This document shows, piece after piece, positions 38,209-50,185 of a stretch of 64,000 nucleotides of DNA. A model generated the notes under the pieces. It was not told where the DNA came from. It ran no database searches and saw nothing but the letters and a program-made list of their open reading frames with translations. Numbering within the stretch: the first letter of the stretch is position 1; every line of letters begins with the position of its first letter. Both the position numbers and the translations under genes were made by a program. The DNA comes from Utricularia gibba (lineage: Eukaryota; Plantae; Magnoliophyta), in assembly GCA_002189035.1 (NCBI GenBank), contig NEEC01000027.1:496001-560000 (forward strand), in the 5' to 3' direction.

Positions 38209-41200
38209 TCAAAGTGCAGGTCCAGCTGCCAGAATTTTATCGGTGAGAGAGCCATCTTTCCCAATTTTGTGGGTTGCAAACACTTCGAAGTTGCTCTTGA
38301 AAAGGCCACCAAGTTTGAGCAGCGTCTCCTTGTATGCGTTCTTATTAGCCCACTGCGCAGCCATGGGCACATCACGACAGGTCCACAGTGGGTATAGAAT
38401 AGAATCTAATGGCATAGTAATAATCGCGTACCGTGTTGATGGGATCCAGGATCTCTGAAGGCACACCATCCACTTCAGTTGGAATCTCCAAACCAAAAAC
38501 TTCAGTTTTCTGGTATGCAGCATTCAACAAGCTACCTGAATGTATGGCATCTATAATCTTTCTGGTGTAAGCTAATTTGATGCGACTGCCAGAACCATAG
38601 CTGCATAGAAGGGTGGGTATTGTCGTAAAGTCAAGCCTCATCAAAATCCTGATAAATTCAAACATATTCTTACCTTCCTCCTGACCAGCCAGTGTTGACA
38701 AGCCACCCTGTGGCACCATGCTTTTCCATCTTTTCAGCTAGCATAGCCGCATACTTGGTAGGATGCATCATTATGAAGGCTGCACCAAAGCAAGCTGAGA
38801 ATGTTGCTGTTGGCTCCTTAATTCCATCTTCGGTCCCAGCAACCTGGAAAGAAAGAGAATGATTTCGGTCATAAAAGCAGAACTAAGTATTGGCATTGAT
38901 ATCCTATAAAATGGTAAAAATCCATACCAGGGCAGTATACCCACTGATAAAATGGTACATTGTCTGCGCCAGATTCAGCTTGCTTACTGGTGGAAGAACG
39001 CCAAACGCATCACAGGCCAAGAGGATGACATTCTTGGGATGGGGAGCAACACATGGAATTTTAGCATTGGGGATATATTCAATGGGATATGCCGCCCTAG
39101 TATTCTCTGCATTGAGAGTTTCAAATAACAACATATTATCAAATGGGCAAAGTATTACTCTCAGTCATTATAGAAATGGCATATCGCTTAGAAACATGTA
39201 TCACCTGTGACGGACTTGTCAGAGTAATCCACTTCCCGGGTATGCTCTTCAAACACAATATTCTCCAACACTGTGAATTACGGACAGGAAATCACACTAA
39301 GTTGCCCTACAAGGAAAAAAAAAAACAAAGTGTTCAATTTTGCTGGTACCTGTCCCAAATTTTATGGCATTCCAGATATCAGGCTCCTTTTCCCTAGAGA
39401 GATCAATACACTTCGCATAGCAGCCTCCTTCGATGTTTGACACTCCATTATCTCCCCAGCAATGTTCATCATCTCCAATAAGGTAACGATTGTGATCAGT
39501 AGACAGAGTTGTCTTTCCAGTCCCTATGATTCCCAAACAAAGAAAAACCCACCAGTTAGAAAGCAGCATCTACTTTTAAAAGCAGCAGTCACCATTCTAA
39601 ACATAAAACAACATAATCCTAAGGCTAGGGGTAGGATGCACAAGCATCATTCTGTGCGGGATATAGACCGTCATCGGGTAAACACCCGATGAACTTACCT
39701 GACAAACCAAAAAAGAGAGCAACATCTCCATCTTTGCCCATATTGCATCCAGAATGTAAGGATAAGATTTGACGCTTAGGCATGAGATAATGCATAACAC
39801 TGAATAGGCCTTTCTTCATCTCCCCGGCGTATTGAGTGCCGAGGATGACCATTTCTCTTCTAGCAAGGTTAAGATCTATGCTAGTGGATGATGTCATAGA
39901 GTGTGTGTAACGATTACATGGGAACTGTCCAGCATTGTATATAGTGAAGTCCGGAGTACCAAAGTTCTCCAGCTCCTCAGGTGTAGGACGAATACACCTG
40001 TCACCCACCCAGTTATCCACACGTACAAAGACTATACCATTTTACTAGGGAGGTTTTCTAAAGTTCCAACTCTCAATCAAACCATTTTCCCAGGAGTATC
40101 ATCAAAGGGACGTATTAGAAAAACTTATCTGGTAGGACCAGGCACATAGAACTGCAAACGAGGTTAATAAACAAGCACTCCATCACTCACATGTTATGCA
40201 TGAACAAGGAATGGTATGCCCTGGCGGAGACTATCCTGACTTTGATACGATTCTCTGGGTCCCAATTGAGGAACTGGTCATTGACAAAGACCTGAAAGCT
40301 TAGGCCAATCAGAGAAAGCCTTTTTCAATTGAAAGAACGACAAGGAGAAAAAAACAATATGTCATCGTGTTCTGTACAGTATGAATTTCCAGGTAACTTT
40401 CTTATAAGAAACCAGAAAGAAAATAAAAATCCACGGGAAAGAGAATCCAGTATAGCCAGTCAGCAAAGTACACATCCATCAACATCTCGGAAACAGGGTT
40501 ATACTCATTTCATAAAAAACCATCAAATCTACCTTTTCCAGCGAATTCAAATAATCCACAGCTCTTTCCCTGTTAACCAAAAAGGTGTGCTCATCCATTT
40601 CGATGTTCGGTGAGCCCCTGTGCATGGTTTTGAAAGAACAAACACGCAGAAACGAATTACCGGGAAGCTGTTAAACAAGTCAAGAAAGCAGAGAAATGAA
40701 AATTCTCACGCACCTTCCCCACCAAAGATCATCTTCTGTTGTCTCATCCCTTACAACGCGTTTGTCTTTTGGAGACCGGCCAGTCTTCGCCCCTGAAAGG
40801 GTCGCTAATGCACCAGTGGATGTAATAAATGACCCCTTTTCGTACATTATGGCCTGCTCATATAATTCTGCATCGATCATGCAGCAATGAGTAGTTTCAC
40901 ATACTATACCAACAATCGAGCAATCAAAGGTTAAGCATACAAGCCTGACAATAAAAAACGGCGACAAGAAATTACCTGCAGGCGAGAGGTTATAGAGGAT
41001 GTGGGTGAATTTCAAAGAGCTGTCGCTGACTTCTATGTTTGGCACAACATGGTGGTGGCCAGCTTTCGGTATCCGGGGAGTCTCAGCCCTCGCAGGGTCA
41101 CCTCTCACCAACCTCGGACCAGTTTCTCTTGTCAACGATGCCAACGATGCACTGGCGGGAAAGAAACACAAATACGCAAACACACAGTTCAGGAAGTGAA

Positions 41201-41608
41201 GAGAAAAAGCAACCCGGCATCAGCATCACATTTATTGCCAGTAACATGTTTACAAATGACCGAGCGTATAGGAGGATCAATGATGGGTGGATCGGGTCAA
41301 CAAGCGAAAGACCCACGGGAGATCCGGCTAGTACCGAATCAAAGGCGAGCAGATCGAATCCGTAACCGAGTTTACCTGATGGACTGAAGCTGCTTCCGGT
41401 TACGCTCCTCCTCCGCAGCCGCCGCAAAGGTGCCGAACGCACCGTCAAGGGGAGTCGTAGGCGCGGATTTCTTCTTCTGCAGAGAATGGAGTTCGTCGAT
41501 GGTGTGAGCCCTGACCGGCGGCGTGCTGTCATCATAGCATATCCCCTCGGCCTTCTTGTCCGTCTGGATTCTGGGCAGACCGTTGCGCCCGCTCCCGCTC
41601 GACGCCAT
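38209..41608 (-). CDS. PCK1: Phosphoenolpyruvate carboxykinase (ATP)
   Basis: [89 protein letters not shown]. Confidence 0.97.
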
Positions 41609-42403
41609 GATTTCACCCAACCTGCAGTGAACACAGCAGAAACCGACGCCGTCTTCGTTAACGTGGTTCACCACCTGTTCATATGTAAACGAGAGCGAGA
41701 GAGAGAGACGAACCAACCAGTGAAGCAGAGAGAGATCGACAACGCTGCGAAGGTGGCGAGGGTGCCCCTTTATAGGATGGTTAAACTTAACCACGGTTAG
41801 CCTAGCTGCAGTTAGGTTCAACCCAACCCCAACGGCACTCTCCCTTCCATTGACTTCACTTAACAAATAAACAATATTTTAAAAAATTAAAAAAAAATAA
41901 ATATAAAAGAAGATGATGAGGAATGGGTTAGCGTCTAAATGTATAGTAGTTGAGAATTGCACGTTAAAAAACGAACCATATGGTGAGACACACGGATCGT
42001 ATTTAAATTTAATCAATAAAAGTGGGGGTTAGTGTTTTAAAAAAAACGAGTTCAATTTATTTCTTTTTATTTCAATATCATTTTTGTTGAAATTATTAGT
42101 TTTCATCATATTTATTAAAAAAAACAAATTATTAAATCCAACTAAACTAAGCATGTGTTGAAAGAAGAGATGGAAGAGGTTTACAGATACCGAGGACCAG
42201 TACGTGATTGCGATTGCTTTGCATTGTATTGCTATCCTGCAAAAGCGATAAGATCAGATCGGGTCCATTTTTGTATTCTTTTTTTAATAGCCATCCACCT
42301 ACTCAGTGATTTTATTTTTATTTTTATTTTTCAGGTCTCTCGTGCTGTGTGCACTGCACCCATCCATATGTCATGTCCCGCCGGGAATGATATTAAACTA
42401 ATA

Positions 42404-42621
42404 GGGTGTGTTTTTTACATGATAAATTATACCTGAGGTAAGTTTTATTTGAAATAAAATATGTTATATAACAGTATAATTTTATTCCAATCCTTACTCT
42501 TTTATTATTTTATTCCATATTCATGAAATGAATTATTATGATTATAATTTATCTAGTTTATCAAGCATTATGTTTTTTTTCATTTAATTATTACATTTTA
42601 TAATTTCTACCAAACACACTC
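42404..42621. mobile_element. Putative Tourist/PIF-Harbinger-like MITE (218 bp)
   Basis: Ends GGGTGTGTTT and AAACACACTC (9/10 inverted match), identical 3-nt ATA flanks (42401-42403, 42622-42624), very AT-rich non-coding interior. Confidence 0.55.
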
Positions 42622-42903
42622 ATAGTGTTTGAGTGAATAACCATACAAATCTAAATTTTACAAGAAATACTTTACTCGTAATAAATAAAATGTAAAATTG
42701 TAAGAATTGAGTATTCAAAATTGATGATATCATCCAAATGAAGTTGGGTAGTTAATCCATATGTATATATTTGTGTATTATGCTGAAGAGAGAAAGGGCA
42801 TGCAACTGCAATGCATTCATTGACAGCAACGGAGAACAGGTACAGAACAGTGAGTGAAAAGGAGGGGCAAATCAATCAATCAATCAATCAGTCAGTGAGT
42901 GAG

Positions 42904-45484
42904 TCAATCAGCTCCTATATCTGTTGTGTTCCAAATGCATATCTCAAGATCCAGACTTCCTGAAAAGTCCAAGAAGCCGAAGGGGATGAGCAGGAAGTCG
43001 ACGAGGGGCGGGCCTTCCACCCTCCCGGGGAAGTTGTTCGTGTACGACTTCAGTCTCAGGCAGCTGTTCCCTCGTTCTGATACGATGTCGTACAGGTACT
43101 GCTCCTTTGAGGAACCAGGGCTCACGCAGGTTATGAATACGACATGCCCCACGGCCTCGGTTCCTTTGCTCAGGAGGAAGAGCATCCCATCCTTCTCGGC
43201 TTGTAGGGTGGAAAAAGTTTCATTCTTGGCTATGCTCACGGGGAAGGGGCAGTTGTACTGAAAACGCCTGCCGGAGTCCCAATGCTTGCTGCTGAAATGC
43301 TCCGACAGCTGGTCGGATGAGCCAATGAAATGGCACTTGCTGATGGGGCAACTGCAGGGTGAAAAGGAGCAGACACCCTCGTGCTCCTTTCTCCTGGACT
43401 GGTCTCCAATGTCTGTGCATCCGTACTGTGCATTTCGACAGGGTATTGGATCAGAAATGTCGAAACCCATACTGACTCCGATGCCCTCATTGCCAATGAT
43501 GGACATGTTTCCCTGAATATGAAAAAGTTTCCCCATTGATTAACATCATCAAAGTATTGTAAGCCCATGAGAGGAGGAGAATCATCGGTTACCTCTGCCG
43601 TGAGCATGTCATCCCCATTAACTTGGCCCTGCGCTGCCTCCTGAAAAATAAGCTGAGCTGAAGTGCTTGCTAATCATGGATTCAATCACAATAAGAGTGG
43701 TTGAAATGAAGAAATCAAGGCGATCCCGATAAAATATAGTTCAATTACTAAGCCCCCCTTCCACCATTTCAACATCAAGAATTCCTGAAAGCATAAAAAG
43801 TAGCTGTCTTTCACTTAAAATCTGAACACGCCTAGACCCCTTGTGTAGAAGCTACTTTGGACGAAATAAAATGCAGACAGCCAGCAAAATGAAACACATT
43901 GAGAACACAAGGGTACCTGCTCAATAAGAGCATAGCTATCAAAATCTGATGGTATTACTGGCATTGCAAAGCTCCCTGCCAGGGCTCTACAGCTCAGCAT
44001 TCCCAACCCAAGGCCTCTTTCCTTACAAACCACCTGCAGAGAAAGAAGTGAAGAAATCATCCTCAGACACGATGACACGGGCAAGCACCATGCATGTAAC
44101 ATACCTCTCCACATCCATAACCTCCAAGTTCTCTCTCTTTCTTTTCTCGCTCACTGATCTCTTCCTCGCCCCATGAAGCCAGGCATGGAAAGACAGCCGG
44201 GGAAAGTTCAGATGGTTCTCCAACAGCAATACTCTCATAGTAAAAAAGCTGAAAAAAGTTCGGAAGTTGAAACAACAACAAGTTGTCAAAACACGGGAGT
44301 AACAAAAATGGCTAACCTGTAGAAACAAGAGACAACCACCAACAGCATGTTGCTTACCCTGGCGGTACCGTGCTACCTCTCGTACTAATCGGTCAAGTAA
44401 GAATTTGGCCCAATTATAATGATGGACAGTATCCATATTTGTCAGGAAATGAAGAAATGATGGACTAACATCAAGCCTTGCTGTAGGGCACAAGAGAGTG
44501 CCTAGCACATACAAAAGAAAAGATCTTCTAAAGTCCTCTCCTGATTCTGGAGCTGCCAATCTTTCCTCAAGGAGACGGACAGAAATTCCATGATTTGTAG
44601 CATTGTACTTCTTACGCAGTTCAGAAATTAATTCATCAGGTCCAGAATTAACAACATCCTTTCCACTAGATGCCAAGCCCATGACTAGCTCAACATCCCG
44701 AGGAGTTAGAGGTATACGCTCACCACATATCTCCAAGGTGCGCCTAACAGTGTTAAATTTGTCCAACAACCAAAGACACAAACTTCGTCGTAGTGTTCGA
44801 CATCTGAGACTAAGGATACTACCAAATCCCATGCTCTTTACAGCAGTTTTCTGGTCAGGAGTGAGGCGTTGTAACAGATTTAATAATCGACCAGGAGAGC
44901 ACCTAGTTACAAGTTTGGTCTGCACAATATGCATCATAAGTTCAAGACTCATCAGACACTCAACACATTAGATGATGAAAAGTAGCTAACACCTACCTGT
45001 CTTCTTGGCTTGGGATTCGTAGGTGTGCTGCTCAAATATCTGTCCCATACTTCACGCGCTCGATTAGTGTACTTTGCTTTCTCTTCAGGAGTCATCAGCT
45101 TCCAAGCATCTGAAGCAGCTTTTGTTGCCTGAAACAGCCATTGAGGAAAATTATGAAATTTTGTGTTTCAGAAAATGAAAGTTAACTAGGGCTTTAAGTA
45201 AATGGGATTCCATACAGCTTTCAGCCCTGAAGACTCTGGATGGGTGGCAGTATACTCCTTGATAAATTCCCGGCTACAAGAATACGCAAAATAATTAACA
45301 CAGAGATATCAAAAGAGGCCATATTTAAGTTGATGAAGTACCTAAAATGCACCCAAGAGCATGCCGGACGTGATACTCCTCCATCTTGCTTCTTCTTCCT
45401 CCTCCGTTTCTGACTGCCTTCACACTCCGCTCCCTCTGGCCCATTTCTTGTTGCCATCATCATATCCTCTTCTTCTTCTGCCAT
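42904..45484 (-). CDS. HMG-box + Mutator/PMD-like domain + RING-less SINA (zinc finger/TRAF) protein, predicted 8 exons, ~617 aa
   Basis: Exons 45484-45342, 45273-45216, 45128-44997, 44919-44317, 44248-44105, 44033-43917, 43640-43593, 43512-42904. All introns are GT-AG and phases are consistent (1854 nt). The HMG and central domains are firm; the join to SINA is predicted. Confidence 0.72.
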
Positions 45485-46342
45485 GGATAATACAGGACCA
45501 TTTAACTTGCATTCCAACAGAGTCAAATCAATTTCCGGCATCAAGGCTGCAATAGAAAGCTGATTCCAGAAAAGATCAAATACGCAGGGGAATATCCAAA
45601 CATTTCATCGGTACGACGAATGGAACTCCCAGGAGTATTCCCGTTTTCTGAATGCAACAGAGCAAGAGTTGGATGGTATTCACGAGCGACGGTACCCACG
45701 CAAACCCCAATTCGCATCCCAATGATGAAAACAAAATTCGCCTCGCGAGAACAAAAACTAACTCGTAGAGAAATATAGAAGAAGAAGCTCACCAATCCCC
45801 AAGCAGTGATTTACTGTTCCGCCGTTTGGTGGGTAGCCTTTGTTCTCCCGCAGTAGTGCTCCGGTCTCTTTTTCACCTTCGTTCTTTCATTCTTTCTTCA
45901 ATTTAGTTTAATTCGGGTCTGGCCGAGCCCATTTATTCCTTTCCCGGTTGGCGCCCATGGATCGCCGTCCGGCCCGGCACATTTTCCAGGCCCAGTTTCT
46001 GAAACCACAGCATCAATTTTCTCTGTTGTTTCATTTACAATCCCTTCAAGAAACCATTTTTACCTTGAAAAGAGTTGCTGGGACGGGCATGCAGTAATAT
46101 ACAAATGAGCTAGACAGCATTACAAGCAGCAAACCCAGAGGAAACGGGCTCGAACTTGTTGCAGATGCAAGAACAAAACCAGGCACAAGAGCCAACAGAG
46201 AACTAAACGGATGAAAGAAGCAGCATGCACAAGAAGATGAGCGGCACCCCCATGTTGTAAAATGATACGACCCACTAAGCAGTGAGGTCTCACCAATCTT
46301 TGGAAGTGGATTCTTCCTGGTAAACGTCTGCTGGAACTGATG

Positions 46343-47683
46343 TCATGACCATATGGTTAGCTCCCATACAGGTTCTTGATTCATAAATGTATCAGGGACA
46401 AAAAGACATTTCCCTGGCCGGTGATGCTCAGTCCACTGTGGTGTGTTCTCCATCACACCACATAGGCTAATACTACAACCATCTTCTGTATCCTTAGCAG
46501 CAAGTGCATAATTGAATGCTTCATCTGAAGCGGTAGGAGCGATGCAGGCTACATAGGCATACATCCCGTTCCTTTCAAGATGACGATTTAGAATGAAAAC
46601 AATGCCTTCATCCTCCTCTACAAAAACAACATGATTCCTACCATGATCCAGTGAAAAGTCTAGGGTGTCATCAAGGTGGATTTTCTTGTAAGATGATGGA
46701 TGCGTAGCTTCAAGATGGGAATACAAGTCCTTGTAGAAGCCAGAATGATAACATCTAGGAAAAGGGCATGAGCAAGGCGCATATTTGCATGCCTTCTCAT
46801 GATTGGATTTCTTACTGTACTTGAAGGTTTCCACACATCCATGTACCATGTTTGGACATTGGACCATAACTGATTCAATAATCTTTTCAAGAGCCCTGCA
46901 GCGGTTGTATCCGATTGGTAAACAGCAGCTTCCACATTTATTCATCATTCCCTTGCAACACAACTCGCACGCTATATGACCATTGTCGCACTGCACAAGA
47001 TCAAAAAAAAACTGCATTTTGTTAAGCACATCCAACTGATTAATAGAAATACAGAGAATCAACACCCTTGTTTTGAAACTGCACTTTCACTGGCAGAAGA
47101 TCGTGAACCCTTAAACATGAGTTTACATTGACGTAGTTTAATCAAATTCCATGATCCTTGATGGGGGACTAAGGAAAAAATGTGGCTGTTCTGAATAAAT
47201 GGAACATGAACCCGGGTGTGTGAAATTGATCAAGAAAAAGAAAACCACCTGATATACAGGCGATTTGAGAGGTTCGACACAAATAGGGCATTCCAGTGCA
47301 TCTGGTTCAAGGGTGACGACGATCCTTGCGTCTGAAGTTCTATGAGGCTTCCCCAACTTCGAAACCCCACGGCCACCGATATCAGGCGTTGAAATCTGCT
47401 GCGGTCCAGGGGTTAACGCCACGGCCCTCAATTCAACTTCTCTACCGCTTTCTTCATCTGGAGGAAGGGGAGAAGTAGGCCCGTATTCGTGCTCGCCATC
47501 CGACTCCAATTCTTCCTCAATTCGCAACGCTCCACCCAACTGAGGCTGGGAAGTGGAATCCGAAGACGAGGAGGCGTCATAGTGGGCAGAGAGCCGAATT
47601 TTTTTCCACGACGAGCTCTGGCTGCTAAATCTCCGGATCCGGCGATTCCCATCTCCGTTTCCACCTACAGAAAACCTTGCCAT
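46343..47683 (-). CDS. SINA-like RING E3 ubiquitin ligase, 2 exons
   Basis: LECPICVEPLKSPVYQ / CDNGHIACELCC..CGSC..RCRALEKIIES..CPNMVHGC..HEKACKYAPCSCP. Confidence 0.92.
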
Positions 47684-47864
47684 TTTTCCCGACCACCCAT
47701 GAAAATTTAACAATTTATATTTTGCCATAAGTTACTTTTGCCCTAAGGACAATTATTTGATTGTGCGAGGGCTCGGAAGCAAATTATCTCGCCATCACCT
47801 AAACGTTACTTGTTCCCGTAGATGTTAGATCCATTCCGCTGGTGAGCGACATACCAAGGAAGAA

Positions 47865-49485
47865 ATGGGGTGGAGCGTTATGTCTTTTACAGCGGCCTCA
47901 TCAACACCTCATATGGCCGCCTCCGCCGGTGCTCTTCATCCCCAAGGCTTACCCTTTTCCAGAAAATCTCCAACCTTTCCTCGCCATTGCTTCGGGCTTG
48001 GTTCTTCTGGTTTGCGTGTGGGCGCTGGGTATGGCAAGGATAAATTCAGTGTTAGGGGATTTACAAGCAGCCTGACTAGCAATTGGGATGTTTCAAACTA
48101 TGCGGCTCCTTCATGGCTACCCAGGTTCGAGGAGCTTGATACCACCAACATGCTTCTGCGCCAGAGAATTATCTTCTTGGGTTCCCAGGTTTCATGTCTT
48201 TCAACTCTTTTAATTTCATCCAAAAAAAAAAGCCTTTTCTGGATATTTGATGCCCCCTTTGTGATTATAGTGCCTCTTGTGACCTATTTGAAGGAATTCT
48301 CAAACGTGTGTTAGTTATCCCATCTTTGGCTGTTGATTCAGCCCTATCTGAATGCCAGTGCTAGTAAAGTTTCAATTTTTATTGTTTCCTGCATCATCTA
48401 ATTGACTGAATAGAACGGCGAGAACACCTTCATCATTATGTTCATGGTTTTGCCGGAAAATAAAAAAGCAATCTGAACATACACACTGCGGTTCCATTAT
48501 TAATCAACTTCTTAAGACTTGATTACTGCCATTCGTTTCTTTGAAAAAAAAAGAAGTAGCTTTGAATTTTTTGTCAACAGATAGATGACATGACAGCAGA
48601 TTTTGTCATCAGTCAGCTATTGTTGCTCGATTCAGAAGACCCGAAAAAGGATATCAGATTGCTTATCAATTCTCCTGGTGGTTCTGTAACTGCAGGTTAA
48701 TCCTGTTACTTGACATAATATTCTAATTTGATGTCTGTATCCATTCCTTTTCCTTGATGTGTAGGAATGGGTATATATGATGCTATGAAATTGTGCAAGG
48801 CAGATGTGTCTACCATTTGTATGGGTCTTGCTGCTTCCATGGGGGCATTCTTGCTTGCATCAGGTAGTAAAGGAAAAAGGTTCTGCATGCCAAATTCTAG
48901 GGTGATGATCCATCAACCCCTTGGAACAGCAGGTGGAAAAGTAAGTGTTTCATGAGTTTTTGCACTATTGTTTTGAGGTGTAAACAAGGTTCACCTTTAC
49001 TCAACTCATTCACATGCTTATTGCCTTGTTGAGTTGCGAGAGTGTTTCAGAGATCTGCTCTAAATTGCTACTCTTGTTTCAGGCAACCGAGATGAGCATT
49101 CGCATCCGAGAAATGGCTTATCACAAAGTAAAGCTTAACAAGATACTATCAAGAATCACTGGGAAGCCTGAGGAGCAGGTTTGGCTGGCTATCCATCCAT
49201 ATTAACACACTGTAAATCTGGTTTTCTTTCTGGAAGTGGGCTTGATGCATATTCTACATGCAGCTTGAATTGGACACCGATAGAGATAACTTCATGAATG
49301 CGTGGGAGGCAAAGGAGTATGGATTGGTGGATGCAGTGATTGATGATGGGAAGCCTGGACTGGTTGCTCCTGTGGTGGATGCGTCTCCTCCTCCTAAAAC
49401 CCGGGTTTGGGATCTCTGGAAAGTGGAGGGAAGCAAAAAAGCCAAGAAGAATCTACCATCTGAAGAACGACTTTTGCAAATATAA
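47865..49485 (+). CDS. CLPP3: Chloroplast Clp protease proteolytic subunit 3
   Basis: [58 protein letters not shown] and the ClpP3-type tail [12 protein letters not shown]. Confidence 0.93.
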
Positions 49486-49610
49486 TCAGCAGCAGGAGGA
49501 ATCTGCATCATTGTGTTAAGAGTTCTTCTTTTGTGTGTTGTTTGTAAGTTATTTTTAGGCTTTTGGTATGTTAACGACGAGAAAATTAATTTCTTTTTGA
49601 ACAGCAAACA

Positions 49611-49682
49611 GCCCCTATAGCTCAGTGGTAGAGCGTCAGTCTTGTAAACTGAAGGTCTGTAGTTCGATCCTGCATGGGGGCA
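49611..49682 (+). tRNA. tRNA-Thr(UGU), copy 1
   Basis: 72-nt cloverleaf: acceptor GCCCCTA/TGGGGGC, anticodon loop CT-TGT-AA, T loop TTCGATC. Confidence 0.97.
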
Positions 49683-49747
49683 TGAAGCTTTGTGTTGTTC
49701 AGTTGTTACAGATCTAGATTACTTGACTCAGAATCTCCCAATGTCCG

Positions 49748-49819
49748 GCCCCTATAGCTCAGTGGTAGAGCGTCAGTCTTGTAAACTGAAGGTCTGTAGT
49801 TCGATCCTGCATGGGGGCA
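49748..49819 (+). tRNA. tRNA-Thr(UGU), copy 2 (identical), followed by CCA and a T5 terminator
   Basis: Same 72 nt as copy 1; CCA at 49820-49822; TTTTT at 49828-49832. Confidence 0.97.
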
Positions 49820-50185
49820 CCATTGCCTTTTTGCGTTTTGACCTAACTCAAAAGTAGGCAGCCTCTATTCCATCCCAAGGGGTGGGCAGGTGGAGATTCA
49901 CCAGCAGCAACTTGAACCTCCGTTCCGGTCTCTTGCTCCCAACCGAAGGCTTTTCCACTCCTCGGTTTTCTGCTTTTTTATCTTCCCCACTCCCGCCGTC
50001 AAATTGTTGGACTGGCAATTAGGAAAATTCCCGTTCTCCGCCTTCCCCCTTTCCAATTCGAACGTTCCAGACGGAGTTGGGTGGAAAGCTAAAAGGGGGC
50101 TCTCCCTGTCTAGGCGTCCAATTTTGGATCCCCTTTTCCCACTGGGGGTAGCCCTGCGACTTCGTTGAAGCTACTCGAGCGAGGG

